DNA of 63,416 bases, counting the filler, from Reclinomonas americana ATCC 50394 (lineage: Eukaryota): the NCBI GenBank assembly GCA_048213135.1. It is 11 parts of 4 records of this genome, joined end to end, with 100 filler letters (N's around TTAATTAATTAA, not from the genome) between each part and the next. Parts side by side here need not be neighbours in the genome. Positions count along the whole stretch, not along the records: positions 41,320 to 45,804 come from PS015766.1; positions 45,905 to 52,733 come from PS015767.1; 9 more parts are not named here. One strand, given 5' to 3'. Below are positions 41,320 to 52,832 of the stretch, in pieces. Every line of letters starts with the position of its first letter. Within the stretch, counting starts at the first letter, position 1. The notes below the pieces were generated by a model that searched no databases, was not told the origin of the DNA, and saw only the letters and a program-made list of their open reading frames with translations. A program made the translations under genes and the position numbers.

Positions 41320-43828
41320 GAGTGGCGGCAGCGTGTCGGCACAGAATGGTGTGACTGGCGCGACTGTGAGCGCTTCTGGCCAGGTGTCTGGCGGCAGCGT
41401 GAGCTCGTCTGGCACTGTGTCTGGTGGCCTTGTGAGCGGCGGCAATGTGACGTCGTCTGGCTACGTGTACGGTGCGTCGGTCAGCACTGCTGGTGGTGTC
41501 AGTGGCGGCAGCGTGTCGGCACAGAATGGTGTTACTGGCGCGACTGTGAGCGCTTCTGGCCAGGTGTCTGGCGGCAGCGTGAGCTCGTCTGGCACTGTGT
41601 CTGGCGGCCTTGTGAGCGGCGGCAACGTGACGTCTTCTGGCTACGTGTACGGTGCGTCGGTGAGCACTTCTGGTGGCGTGACTGGCGGCAGCGTGAGCGC
41701 TTCTGGCCAGGTGGCTGGCGGCAGTGTCAGCACTTCTGGCAGTGTTTCGGCTGGCGGTGCCATTACTGGCGCGTNNNNNNNNNNNNNNNNNNNNNNNNNN
41801 NNNNNNNNNNNNNNNNNNNNNNNNNNNNNNNNNNNNNNNNNNNNNNNNNNNNNNNNNNNNNNNNNNNNNNNNNNNNNNNACGTGTACGGCGCGACGATCA
41901 GCACCTCTGGCGGCGTCAATGGCGGCAGCGTGTCGGCACAGAATGGCGTGACTGGCGCGACTGTGAGCGCTTCTGGCCAGGTGTCTGGCGGCAGCGTGAG
42001 CTCGTCTGGCACTGTTTCTGGCGGCCTTGTGAGCGGCGGCAACGTGACTTCGTCGGGCTACGTGTACGGTGCGTCGGTGAGCACTGCTGGTGGTGTGACT
42101 GGCGGCAGTGTTAGCGCGTCTGGTGGCGTGAACGGCGGCAGCGTGAGCTCGTCTGGCACTGTGTCTGGTGGCCTGATTAGCGGCGGCAATGTGACGTCGT
42201 CGGGCTACGTGTACGGTGCGTCGGTCAGCACTTCTGGTGGTGTGACTGGTGGCAACGTGAGCGCGTCTGGTGCCGTGAATGGTGGCAGCGTGAGCTCGTC
42301 TGGCACTGTGTCTGGTGGCCTGATTAGCGGCAGCAATGTGACGTCGTCGGGCTACGTGTACGGTGCGTCGGTGAGCACTGCTGGTGGTGTAACTGGTGGC
42401 AACGTGAGCGCGTCTGGTGCCGTGAATGGCGGCAGCGTGAGCTCGTCTGGCACTGTGTCTGGTGGCCTGATTAGCGGCAGCAATGTGACGTCGTCGGGCT
42501 ACGTGTACGGTGCGACGATCAGCACTTCTGGCGGTGTCAATGGCGGCAGTGTTGGCGCCTCGGGTGGCGTGACTGGCGCGACTGTTAGTGCGTCTGGCCA
42601 GGTGGCTGGCGGCAGTTTCAGCACTGGCGGCGACATCTACGCCGGCGGAGTCATTACGGGTGGCAGTTTGACCACCACCGGCAGCATCAAGGGCGGCTCA
42701 ATTAGCGCGTCTGGTGCCCTCACTGGTGGTTCGATCAGCTCGTCTGGCCTTGTGAGCGGCGGCAGTTTGAGCACGTCTGGTTCGTTCAAGTCCAGCTCTG
42801 TCAGCGCTTCTGGCGCTATCTGGGGCAACAGCTTTAGCACCGCCGGCGACATTATTGCTGGTGGTGTGATTACCGGCGGCTCTCTGACGACTTCTGGTAC
42901 CCTGAGCGCCCCGCTGATCAGCACTGCTGGTCTCATTTCGGCCGGCTCGTTCTCGACCACTGGCTCTGTGTTTGCGTTCAGTGTGGTAGCCCCGCCTGGC
43001 ATGGGTGGCAACGTGTCGCCGTTCCCATCAGTCGGCGCCACCAATGGCCGCTACAACGGCTTCTTCAACGTTGTCAACGCGAACTCCATTACGACTCCTA
43101 GCGTCAACGCCACCACCGGTGTCACCACTGCTGGTCTCACTGTGAACAACACGGCCGACATCCAGACTCTGAAGGTCAAGCAGGTGGCGAGCTTTATGCA
43201 GACGGCGTCGTTCACTGGCGACGTGTCGATGATGGCCGACCTGACGGTTTATCAGACCTTGACGGCGGACACGTTGGTGGTGCAGACTGCGATTTTCGAC
43301 AAGCTGGCCGCCAATCTGGCCTCCATCCGCAGCCTGGCCGTTCCTCTGACGCAAGTTGTCATGCAGCAGACTACGGAGACTCCGTATACGCTGTTCGGCA
43401 GTCTGGTGTACCCGACGTCGTACCTGCGCGTGGTTGCCGACGCCGCCACCGACGTGTACACGATGGACATTTTGCACCCGAGCATTGGCGAGCAAGAGGG
43501 CTTCACCTATGTCGTGCGCAACGAGGATCAGCAGGCGTCTGTGCGCATTTCTGTGGATCCTTCCCTCCTCAACAATCCGTGCGGCGACGACTGCCGCTAC
43601 TTGGCCTTCACTGTGCCACCTCGCACGACAGCCACGTATGTGTTTGTTTTGTGCAAGGCTGCACCGGCGTCGAATGCTGAGGCCGACTACACGAGCACTG
43701 CTTGTGCTTCGGGCCTGGACGGCGACACTTATCCAGACGTCGGCTACTGGGTGCTTCTCCAGAGCACGCCGATCAGTGCATCGGATCCGGTCAACCCGGG
43801 ACCATCTGATTCCACCGCTCAGCAGTAG
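41320..43828 (+). CDS. Intronless Gly/Ser/Val 11-residue repeat protein with globular C-terminal domain (5'-partial)
   Basis: Open frame of more than 800 aa; unit GxxVSxxGxVx with higher-order 49- and 60-aa repeats; TAG at 43826-28. Confidence 0.75.
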
Positions 43829-44015
43829 GAATTCTGACAGTCAACAACCACAACACATCACTCGAGCGCCTTCTCGTGTATTCATTATCGCAGTTGGTGT
43901 ACAGCAAGCGCATGATGCAAGTGAAGTGTGTTGGTATTTTGCGTAGCTGTTTATTGATCATGATGATGATGATGATTTGGAGATTTCAACTTGGTTCTCA
44001 TTGCTCCGTTTTCGC

Positions 44016-44565
44016 TCACATGAAATGCTTCGACAGCTGCGGTCCCGTTTGCCTTGCATAATGCGAGTCGCCTTTCAGAGCGTAGAGCATGGAAGTCGGG
44101 CGGTCGAGTCGCTCAAAGACCATGCGGCAGATTGGTTGACGATGTCGCACAATGAGATCGTCTTCGTAGGCTCTGACTTCAAGCACGCATGTCGTACCGC
44201 GCGCTGGTTCGGTGCACGATGAGCTGCTGTGCATCAGCAGTTCGCAAACAGAGGCACATGTCGATAACGTACCACCCTTGTCAGAGCTCCAGCCACCGCC
44301 AGAGCCAAAAAAGCCAGCGTAGTGCGCACGAAATTCACCAGTGGTTGAGTCGTGCGCTAGCATTTCGCATCCGTAATCGGGCGGAACGCAGAGCAGCTCG
44401 TACGTGTTGAATATGTAAAATCTCTGTTCGGCCAACCGTCGTAAGCCACGTGTGGGAGTAACATTTGCACCACAATATATAGTACACGTACGCCTTTCTC
44501 GAGCCACAAGAAGCCTTCGACCTTTGTGATTCAAGTCAGCAACTCCTGAGGATACATATGCGCGT

Positions 44566-44619
<54 letters not shown>

Positions 44620-45778
44620 GACCGNNNNNNNNNNNNNNNNNNNNTGCTGCCTTTCAGAGACACGGACAGACAGACAATGCACTGTTGCGCACCACACACC
44701 TTGATCAAGGTCCATGGTCAGCATCAGACCATTGTCGATGAGCACCGACTCCAGAGGCAGAGCCTCGTGGGTCTTGGTATATAGCAGAGCACCCTCCGAC
44801 GTGTACAGGTCTTGCAGCTCTGTGGTTGTCAACACGTCACGTGTGCCAAAAAACATTACTTGGTTCAGGCTGAGTCCTGTGTCGTGGCGATGTCTTCGGT
44901 GCTTCGGGAGATGGTAATAAAATGGTACGGGCGAGTCAAACCTGCCACCACAACGACGTCAAAGCTGTTGCTTGTCACTTGGCACCACACATCGCCTTCG
45001 TAGCCTGGTGGAATCTTGTCGTACCGGCTGGAGTAATCGCAGATGCACCGAGTGTTCACGTCTGCAGCAAGGCAACGCAGTGAGCTGCGAGGAGCACGCA
45101 ACTGACGGTTGACAACAGCAACGATGTACCTGCGCGACCAGTACTGCTTTTGGAGTTCGTGTATGCAGTCATGCCAGCCGGAAGCTTGAACCTCTGCTCT
45201 AGTCTAACCAGGTACACAGTGTTGCGCTCCAGCACCGTTGGCGTGCTCAAGTCGATCACTGCACGCATTGTGAGGAACGGCTTCGGCGGTGTGAATGCAA
45301 GCAAACAGCACATCATGTTGTAATCGACGCAACATGGTCCCCGTCGAAACTTGTCCAGCAGCTCAGCCACCGTCTCGGATTGCAGCGGCAGAATGCAACC
45401 AGGAAGTTTGCATGCTAATACACACACACACACACACATGCAGCTCATTAGCGACAGCCACCTCTGTCGACGTCCCTCTTTCGGGGAGAGCGCACCTTCG
45501 CTGCTGAGAGTGAGATCCAGCGATGCCGGTTGCAAATGCTCGATTCTCACAGACTCGTCTGCATTGCAGATGAGCTGGCCTTGTGCCATCATCTCTTTCA
45601 TGCTGTAGAGAAGTGCGCGGTTAGGGGGGTGGTGGTGGGGGTGGTCCTACAATCACAGACAGACAGATGAACTCAACGTGTCGTGCGACAGTGCGCCGCG
45701 TACCGCCGGCTCCGCCGACGGCACACGCCTGTGCCTCGACTGCACAGACAGCGATTCTCCACTCGCAGACGACGCCAT
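44016..45778 (-). CDS. Multi-exon two-domain dCTP deaminase, bacterial type (copy 1)
   Basis: Spliced: GALSHDT|MKEM, QPASLDLTL, NSKSSTGR, DKIPPGYEG, GEFRAHYAGFF, VLEVR, LSKHF; GT-AG introns. Confidence 0.8.
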
Positions 45779-45913
45779 TTGTACACTTGTTCACTTTTCT
45801 CACANNNNNNNNNNNNNNNNNNNNNNNNNNNNNNNNNNNNNNNNNNNNTTAATTAATTAANNNNNNNNNNNNNNNNNNNNNNNNNNNNNNNNNNNNNNNN
45901 NNNNCCAACGGTC

Positions 45914-48288
45914 TCATGTGCGCGGCGGGACCACGGGCTTGAAATGTTTCGACAACTTCGGCCCGCTCTGATCGGCGTCTGCATACAACACACAGAGCTC
46001 AGCACACGATGAAGAAGCACATGTATGCTATAGGCGAATCGAGGACGCAACAGTTGCTGCCAGTAGCCGTCGAGTACGGTCGCGAGGTTGTCCGGTCAAG
46101 CCGTTCGTATACCATGCGACAAATCGGCTGGCCCGCTGCTGTGAGAGTCTCGGCGCCCATGTAAACAAGTGCAATGTGCGTACCTGGCGATGTCTGACGA
46201 TCATATCGTCCTCTGACACACAAAAACAAATGAACGCTTGTCAGATCGAAATTACCCTCGCTGCGAGCTTGCAGGCGCCGCAGCGCCGCATCTCACCGAA
46301 TGCCCGAACTTCCAGCACCCCCGGTGTGCCCATCTCTGCGGCACCGAGAAAAGCACGTGTAAGTGCTATGTGCGCAACGATTCACAAAAGCACGAGAGTC
46401 ATCGCACAACTTCCCGATTCTCGGACTCCGAAGCCCGGATCAAAAAAGCTGCAGTTCGACATGAGCTCAGCTCACGCTTACTTTCGTGCGTGCACTTGAG
46501 CAGCGCACTCACACCCACCCTGCATAGTGCGCACGAAATTCGCCAGAGGTGCTGTCGTACGGTACCATTTCGCTGGCATGCAGCAGATGTGAGTCAAGCG
46601 GCAATTAAAGTCGACACTTTGCTGTCGTGGAGCAACCACTAACCACGCCAAGTCGTGCGGCTGCAATGAAGGTTGCGTGTCACACTAAGCACCCAAGTAG
46701 AAATGACAAGGAGGCTGTGGGGTAGCGTACCACGACAATGCATTCAGACGTGCAGAATATGTAGAGAGAGCCCCGTTGCAGCCAGAGGAAACCGTTCTTC
46801 TGCATGCAATCGGTGACAGACAGGAACGTGAAGTGAGAGGATATGCGAACGTGAAGCAACACATACAGCCGCACGAAACAGGGCGGGGAATTGGGTCGAA
46901 GAAATCATCGGCGTCGTGCGCTGCCACCTGTCAATGTGTCAGCGAGAAAAACGACGCGATGCGCCTGCGAAATGCGTTTCACCATGGTCAAGTCCAGTTC
47001 CTTGAACGTCTTCTTGGCCACAAAGCCGACAATGTCTGCCAGTGTGTCAACGTTGCACTGTGCGTGAGACGTTTTCGACCACGACAAAGCACCCCACCCA
47101 TCCATCCACCCACTCACCTTGGTCCAAATCAATGGTGAGTAGCAGCCCATCATCCATCCAGACATCGTCCAGTGGCACCGGTACGTGTTCTCTAGTGTAC
47201 ACCAGCGGCTGTGCGGCGTACAGAGAGCGCAACTCCTCCTGTCGCAACACCTGCAGTGCATCCACCGGTACTTAGTCGCCAAAAGAGCGCACGAGGCATA
47301 GGCGAGAGGCGACCATGTATAACTTGTCGCTCGCCGTAGAAGATTGCCTGGTTGAGACTGAGGCCTGCAGTGACCACACAGTTGAGTACAGTGTGAGCAG
47401 CCGACGCAGCGTCGAGGTGCACATGCAACCTTCTTGCACCACACAGTTGAACGTGTTGGCCGTGAGTTGTACCCACACATCGCCCTCGTAGCCAGCGGGG
47501 AGCTTGTCGTAGCGCGGGGTGCGATCACACATGGATCGCGTGGTGACATCTGCAACGTGTGAGCACCGGCAGAGTGAGTTCTGCCTTCTCTTTGCGCGGC
47601 GGACACCGTACCGACTCGGCCGGTTGAACTCTTGGCATTGGTGTAAGCGGCGATGCCCGGCGGCAGTCGGAAGCGTTCACGAAGGCGAACAATGTACAAC
47701 ACTCCGCGATCGAGGATAGTGGGCTGCGAAATGTCGATGCCTGGCGCGCCGCTATTCGTCAAGTCACCGAGATGGCAAGGGGGGCCGACGACACAGGGCG
47801 ACGCAACGTGGACCACGTTTGAACTGCGTCAACAGCTCGGCAATGGTCTCGGTCTGCAGTGGCAAGATCGAACCGGGCAACTGCGAAGCACACGCAGGTA
47901 AGGACATTCGGTGACGCCCGTCATGCGCACGTAGCTCGAGGCGAAGAAGTGAACCTTGTATGCTGCACACGCGTACACGGGCGATGAGGGAATAGATCGA
48001 TGCGATCAATAACACCGCGATCAAACTGACCTTCGTCGGCGAGTGTGAGATCAAGCGAAGCCGGTTGTATCTGCTCGTCGTCGAATGGTGGTGCACGCGA
48101 CGATGCAGAGGGTGCACTGCTGACAAGCCAGCCATCGTGGATCAACGCACGCATTCTTCGCACACACATACACACACACGCACACACACAAGAGTTCACT
48201 TGTCAGCATGCATCATGTGACTGCGCGACTCGTGTGCACGCCTCACGAAACGTGTCGTAGGAGAGAGTGCCGTGTTGTGGTACCAACG
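45914..48288 (-). CDS. Multi-exon two-domain dCTP deaminase (copy 2; 5' end in gap)
   Basis: GTLSYDT|MRAL, IQPASLDLTL, NAKSSTGR, GEFRAHYAG|FFDPGFG, GVLEVRAF, GSNY..GPKLSKHF. Confidence 0.8.
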
Positions 48289-48609
48289 NNNNNNNNNNNN
48301 NNNNNNNNNNNNNNNNNNNNNNNNNNNNNNNNNNNNNNNNNNNNNNNNNNNNNNNNNNNNNNNNNNNNNNNNNNNNNNNNNNNNNNNNNNNNNNNNNNNN
48401 NNNNNNNNNNNNNNNNNNNNNNNNNNNNNNNNNNNNNNNNNNNNNNNNNNNNNNNNNNNNNNNNNNNNNNNNNNNNNNNNNNNNNNNNNNNNNNNNNNNN
48501 NNNNNNNNNNNNNNNNNNNNNNNNNNNNNNNNNNNNNNNNNNNNNNNNNNNNNNNNNNNNNNNNNNNNNNNNNNNNNNNNNNNNNNNNNNNNNNNNNNNN
48601 NNNNNNNNN

Positions 48610-49617
48610 AGAGTCCAGCACAGAGTCGAGCACCGGCGACATGGGTGAGCGATCCAGCCACGCCTCAATCGCCGATCGCTCGTACGTGACACTGCGATGC
48701 GCGCGAGCGATGTATTTGTGAGCGGAGAAGAGATGCACGGACACATATGCATGCACACAGGCGCGCATACCCGTCCGCAGCAATGACCGGATCGTCCATG
48801 ACCGACAACGAAATGGGGCACTTGAACTCGTCGGGTGCGCCTGCATCGTCGTCACCGGCATCGTCATCATCGCCATCGCCGCCACTGTAGACGCCACCCG
48901 ACCCTATGCACACTTCACGTGAGCCCCTTCCATCCAACACTAACAACACCACAAGAATGACACAAGAAGCCGCGCGCCGAGACACACACCATGCACGCCC
49001 GACCCACTCGCACCACTGCCACTCGCGCTTCCGCCACCCCAGGCCGACACCTCTCGCGGAATCACCCTGCCACCGCCGCCCCCACTATGCGCACTTTTCG
49101 CCTTGGCGAGGAGCCAGGCCTGAATGCGCACACGCAGATCCTCATTGGGTATCAACTCGTTGCTCTCCAACGCCAGCCCCGTCACCACCGGCGAGAACGG
49201 CGAGCGCTCCAGCCACGCCGCAATCGACGAGCGCTCATAAGTCACTCTGACATCAACACGACATGATGAGACGGAGTCACGCTGCTGCCAGTCCTCAGCA
49301 CTCGCGCACACACGCACCCATCACACGCAATGACCGGATCGTCCATCACCGACAGCGAGATGGGGCACTTGAAATCCTCCGGTGCATCCGCCTCCTCATC
49401 GTAGCCCTCTGCACCCACCCCCCACTGTGAGACTTCACACTCTCACACTCGCACGCACACTCAGCTCACCCCAATCAAGCGACGCGACATGATGCGCGCC
49501 CGACGACGATGAACCCGATCCCGATCCCGATGCCTCTCCGTCTGCGCACATACACGTAGAGTGAGAGCAGCACACGCACATGCACTCTCCACCACCAGAC
49601 ACGCAACATCGCGACAT
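48610..49617 (-). CDS. Tandem U-box protein (two U-boxes; 3' end in gap)
   Basis: APEDFKCPISLSVMDDPVIACDG|VTYERSSIAAWL...LIPNEDLR and APDEFKCPISLSVMDDPVIAADG|VTYERSAIEAWL. Confidence 0.88.
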
Positions 49618-49684
49618 CCGCGCAGGGTGTGTCTATGATGAATGTCCTCCGTCCTCCTTCTTGCGTGTTTGTGTCAAAGAGGAG

Positions 49685-50609
49685 ATGGAGTGCGGTCTTG
49701 ATGGTGAGCAGCTGCTTGCGCTGATCTCTGCGGTGGCGCACGTGGAGTTTCCGGCACAGCACGATGACGAGGAGCAGCATGATGTCGATGTGCAAGAGGA
49801 GTCGACCGAGGCCGAGGAGAATGCCAGTGTGCTGCAGGCAGTGCCGGCGTTGGCGGCGCATCGAGGTGCGTCAGGGAAAGAGAGAAAGAGAGAGAGAGAG
49901 TGTGTGCGTGTGTGTGTAAGCAAGAGTGGGAAATGGCCTGACTCTGCTGTTGTTGTTGTTGTTGCAGAGGCCGCGGGGGTGGTGCAGGCGTACCGAGCGT
50001 TCCTGCGAGACGCTGTCGGGCAGAACTGGGGTCAAGTCGAAGTCGAGAGTCGCATGTCGGAGGCTGGAGTTTTGTTGTTGCAAATGCATACACTCTCTCG
50101 CTCTCTCTCGTGTGATGCTGACTCGTAGCGCGCAGGCGTCGGCCGAGACCACCAGTGTCATGGTGCAATTCTGGAACCGGGAGCGCGAAAGGGTCTGTGT
50201 CTGCTCTTGCTTCTTCTTCGTCGTCTTGCTCTGACTTGAGCATTCCGTTATTGTGTTGCAGCTCCGACAGCACCTTGTGCGAAGCACAGTGTGGGGCCAG
50301 CGGTTTGAGAAGCTCAACTGGCGAGTGGATTCGCAGACACAGTCGCGGCGAGTGGCGGCCCTCAATCGCCCGTGTGCCGTGGTCGAGTTGGTCACGTCGC
50401 AGCCGTCGCTTGGGGTTGCGTCTCCCTCTCTCTCCCTTTGTGTGTATTGTCGCTTGCGTGGTTCTCACCTGTGTCGCGCGTAGGCTCGCGGTGCACGAGG
50501 GCAGGAGAGCAGCAAGAGTGTGACCTTTGAGATCACGGCCAGCACGCTGGCAAAGGTGGTCGCACAGCTGTCACACGTGCAGGAGGAGATTGCAAAGTAC
50601 ACGGCATGA
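49685..50609 (+). CDS. COMMD1: COMM domain protein, COMMD1-like
   Basis: FWNRERER|LRQHL..WGQRFEKLNWRVDSQTQSRRVAALNRPCAVVEL...VTFE..L..VQEEI; spliced. Confidence 0.75.
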
Positions 50610-50662
50610 ATAAGCGTTCTACTCTTGTTACTTAATAACTCTCTCTCCCCTCCCCGCCGTTC

Positions 50663-52733
50663 TCATTCATCTCCATCGTCGTCGTCGTCTTCGGCACCCT
50701 CCACTGGAATGTTGACGTGGAACAGGCGAATTCCGGTTTGGTCGAACAGCGATCGTGAGGTGGCCATGGTCGACACGCAAATCTGCGGGGGGCAATGAGC
50801 ATGTCACACGAGGGCAGATGTGTGAGACAGATGTAACGCACCTGGCCCCAGATGTACGCCGTCAGCCAGCTGCTGAGGCTGGGGTGTCGCACATTCGGGA
50901 ACACCATCAGCGGGTGCGGCACCGGCAGCGCACCGACCAGTGTTGTGGATCGGAGAAATTCAAGCACATCGGTCTCTTGCATCATTCTGCGTGCGACACG
51001 GCGGCGGGTTAACAGGCAAGAACAAGATTAGGCGGGCAAGAAGAAGGCGCGCACGAACCGCCCACTGCTGAGGCGCTCCAGCTTTTGCGACAGGGCCTGA
51101 ATGAGCAGCAGGATTGTCTTGAGCTTGGGCGAGAGAACGCCACGAGCCTCGGCGAGCCAGGCGCCATCGGGTGCGAACGGCTGCCCCGGAGAACGCGCAG
51201 CCGCCGGTGGTGATGCTGGTGCAGCAGACGACCCAGACGCTCCCTCGTTGGGGCCAAGCACTTGCTGCAGCACCGTGTCCAGCAACTCATCGACAACCTC
51301 GCGCCGAGCTGCCTCCTCCACGTCTGCCTCGCCGTCGTCGGCCACGGACGCCGCCACAGACTCGCCAACTGTGGCCGCCACAGAGACGCCAGACACGGAC
51401 TGCGGACTGAGCGCCGATGGCGACATGGTTGGTGATCGTGGCGGAGGTGGTGGCGACGGTGAGGCAGCACCGGCAGCTGCTGTGGACGACGCGCCCGCAC
51501 TGTCCACCTGCTCACCATACAAGGCTCTGCGTGCCACGGCCTCGGTGTGTGCCAGAAAATCACTTGCAACACCACCCGTGCCCGCGGTCATGCTGCGTGC
51601 GCGAGCCGGGAACGGTGGTTAAGTATCACGAAAAAAAACAGCAACCAATAAAGCCGGGGACCACTACGCAACGATGGGTCGCCGTACTCGAGGTACTTGG
51701 CGAGGTCAAAGAACACAGACGGGTTGATCATGATTTGGTGAGTGAGTGGCACTGTGCCCCCGTACTGGTACTGCACGCAGTTGACAAAGGCCAGCAGCAC
51801 GAAGTCGGCATACTGGTAGTTGTAGTAGCCGCCCTCGAGCACTCGGCGTGACGTGACGCGCTTCAACAAGGACATGAGAGAGGCGGCAGTGGTGGCCGAC
51901 ATGTTGGTGAGGAAGGGCGACATGTTGGCCAGTGTCTTGAACAGTTGTGGGAAGGTCAGCGTGATCAGTGCGTCGCCGGTGGTGATCAGATGCTGCAACG
52001 CCAGGATCACGAAATCCGCGTGGGAGCCGTCGCGGAAGTACGGAATGCCAGTCGGCAACTTCAAACCGACAAACAGCTGGTGACACAAGGAGATGGTGAA
52101 CTCGCGGTCACAGCTGAGCGTGTGCAGCACCAACGCTCCGTTCTGCACGAGGCCGTAGCGGTTGCCGTCCTCGTTGCGGATGGTCAGCATGAGACACAGC
52201 AGAGGGTACACCAGCTCGCCTGAGGCAAGACACCATGGTGTCAGGAGGAGGACGGCAGGCACGACACATTCGAATCTATACAAACACACACCAATGTCAC
52301 GACGCGATGCCAGGTGCGCCCTGAAGCCGGCGTTCGTCTCAATCAGCAGGTACAAGAAGACCACCACCTCGTGATGGAACGAAAAGTCACGCTGCGAGTG
52401 CGGCAAGTAGGTGTTGTTGACGGTCAGCTTGTCCTTCAGCAGTTGCACGAGGCCGACAAACACGGCCTCAAAGTCGTCGTCGCTCGCAATGTGCTCTCGC
52501 GCAAAGTCCAAGTAAATATTCCTGCACCCGCGCGCGCACACACACACACACACAGTCAGGCATGTGTGGTGTGAAAACTCGCGCCACTTTCTTCTCTGAC
52601 CTCCCGGGTACAGCCGCCGCCGCACTCTCGTTGCCGGCATTCTTGTAGTCCAGGAACACATCGAGAATCTGCGTGACCGGTGACGTGTGAGCGACGGCAT
52701 CACACAGAAAAAAGAAACACACAAGGTCGCAGC
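50663..52733 (-). CDS. HID1: HID1/dymeclin-family protein (5'-partial)
   Basis: LSCDREF, GSHADFVI, LANMSPF, LKTILLLIQAL, TLVGALPVPHP, WLTAYIWG. Confidence 0.85.
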
Positions 52734-52832
52734 NNNNNNNNNNNNNNNNNNNNNNNNNNNNNNNNNNNNNNNNNNNNTTAATTAATTAANNNNNNNNNNN
52801 NNNNNNNNNNNNNNNNNNNNNNNNNNNNNNNN

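Noticed and set aside
41219..41320. Bacterium-to-eukaryote integration junction
   Set aside because: The junction is an artificial linker between contigs.
44016..48288. dCTP deaminases as bacterial contamination, or as AvcD-type anti-phage deaminases
   Set aside because: They contain GT-AG introns with the host's donor style, and their motifs are dUTPase-fold Dcd, not the Zn-dependent HxE/PCxxC family used in bacterial defence.
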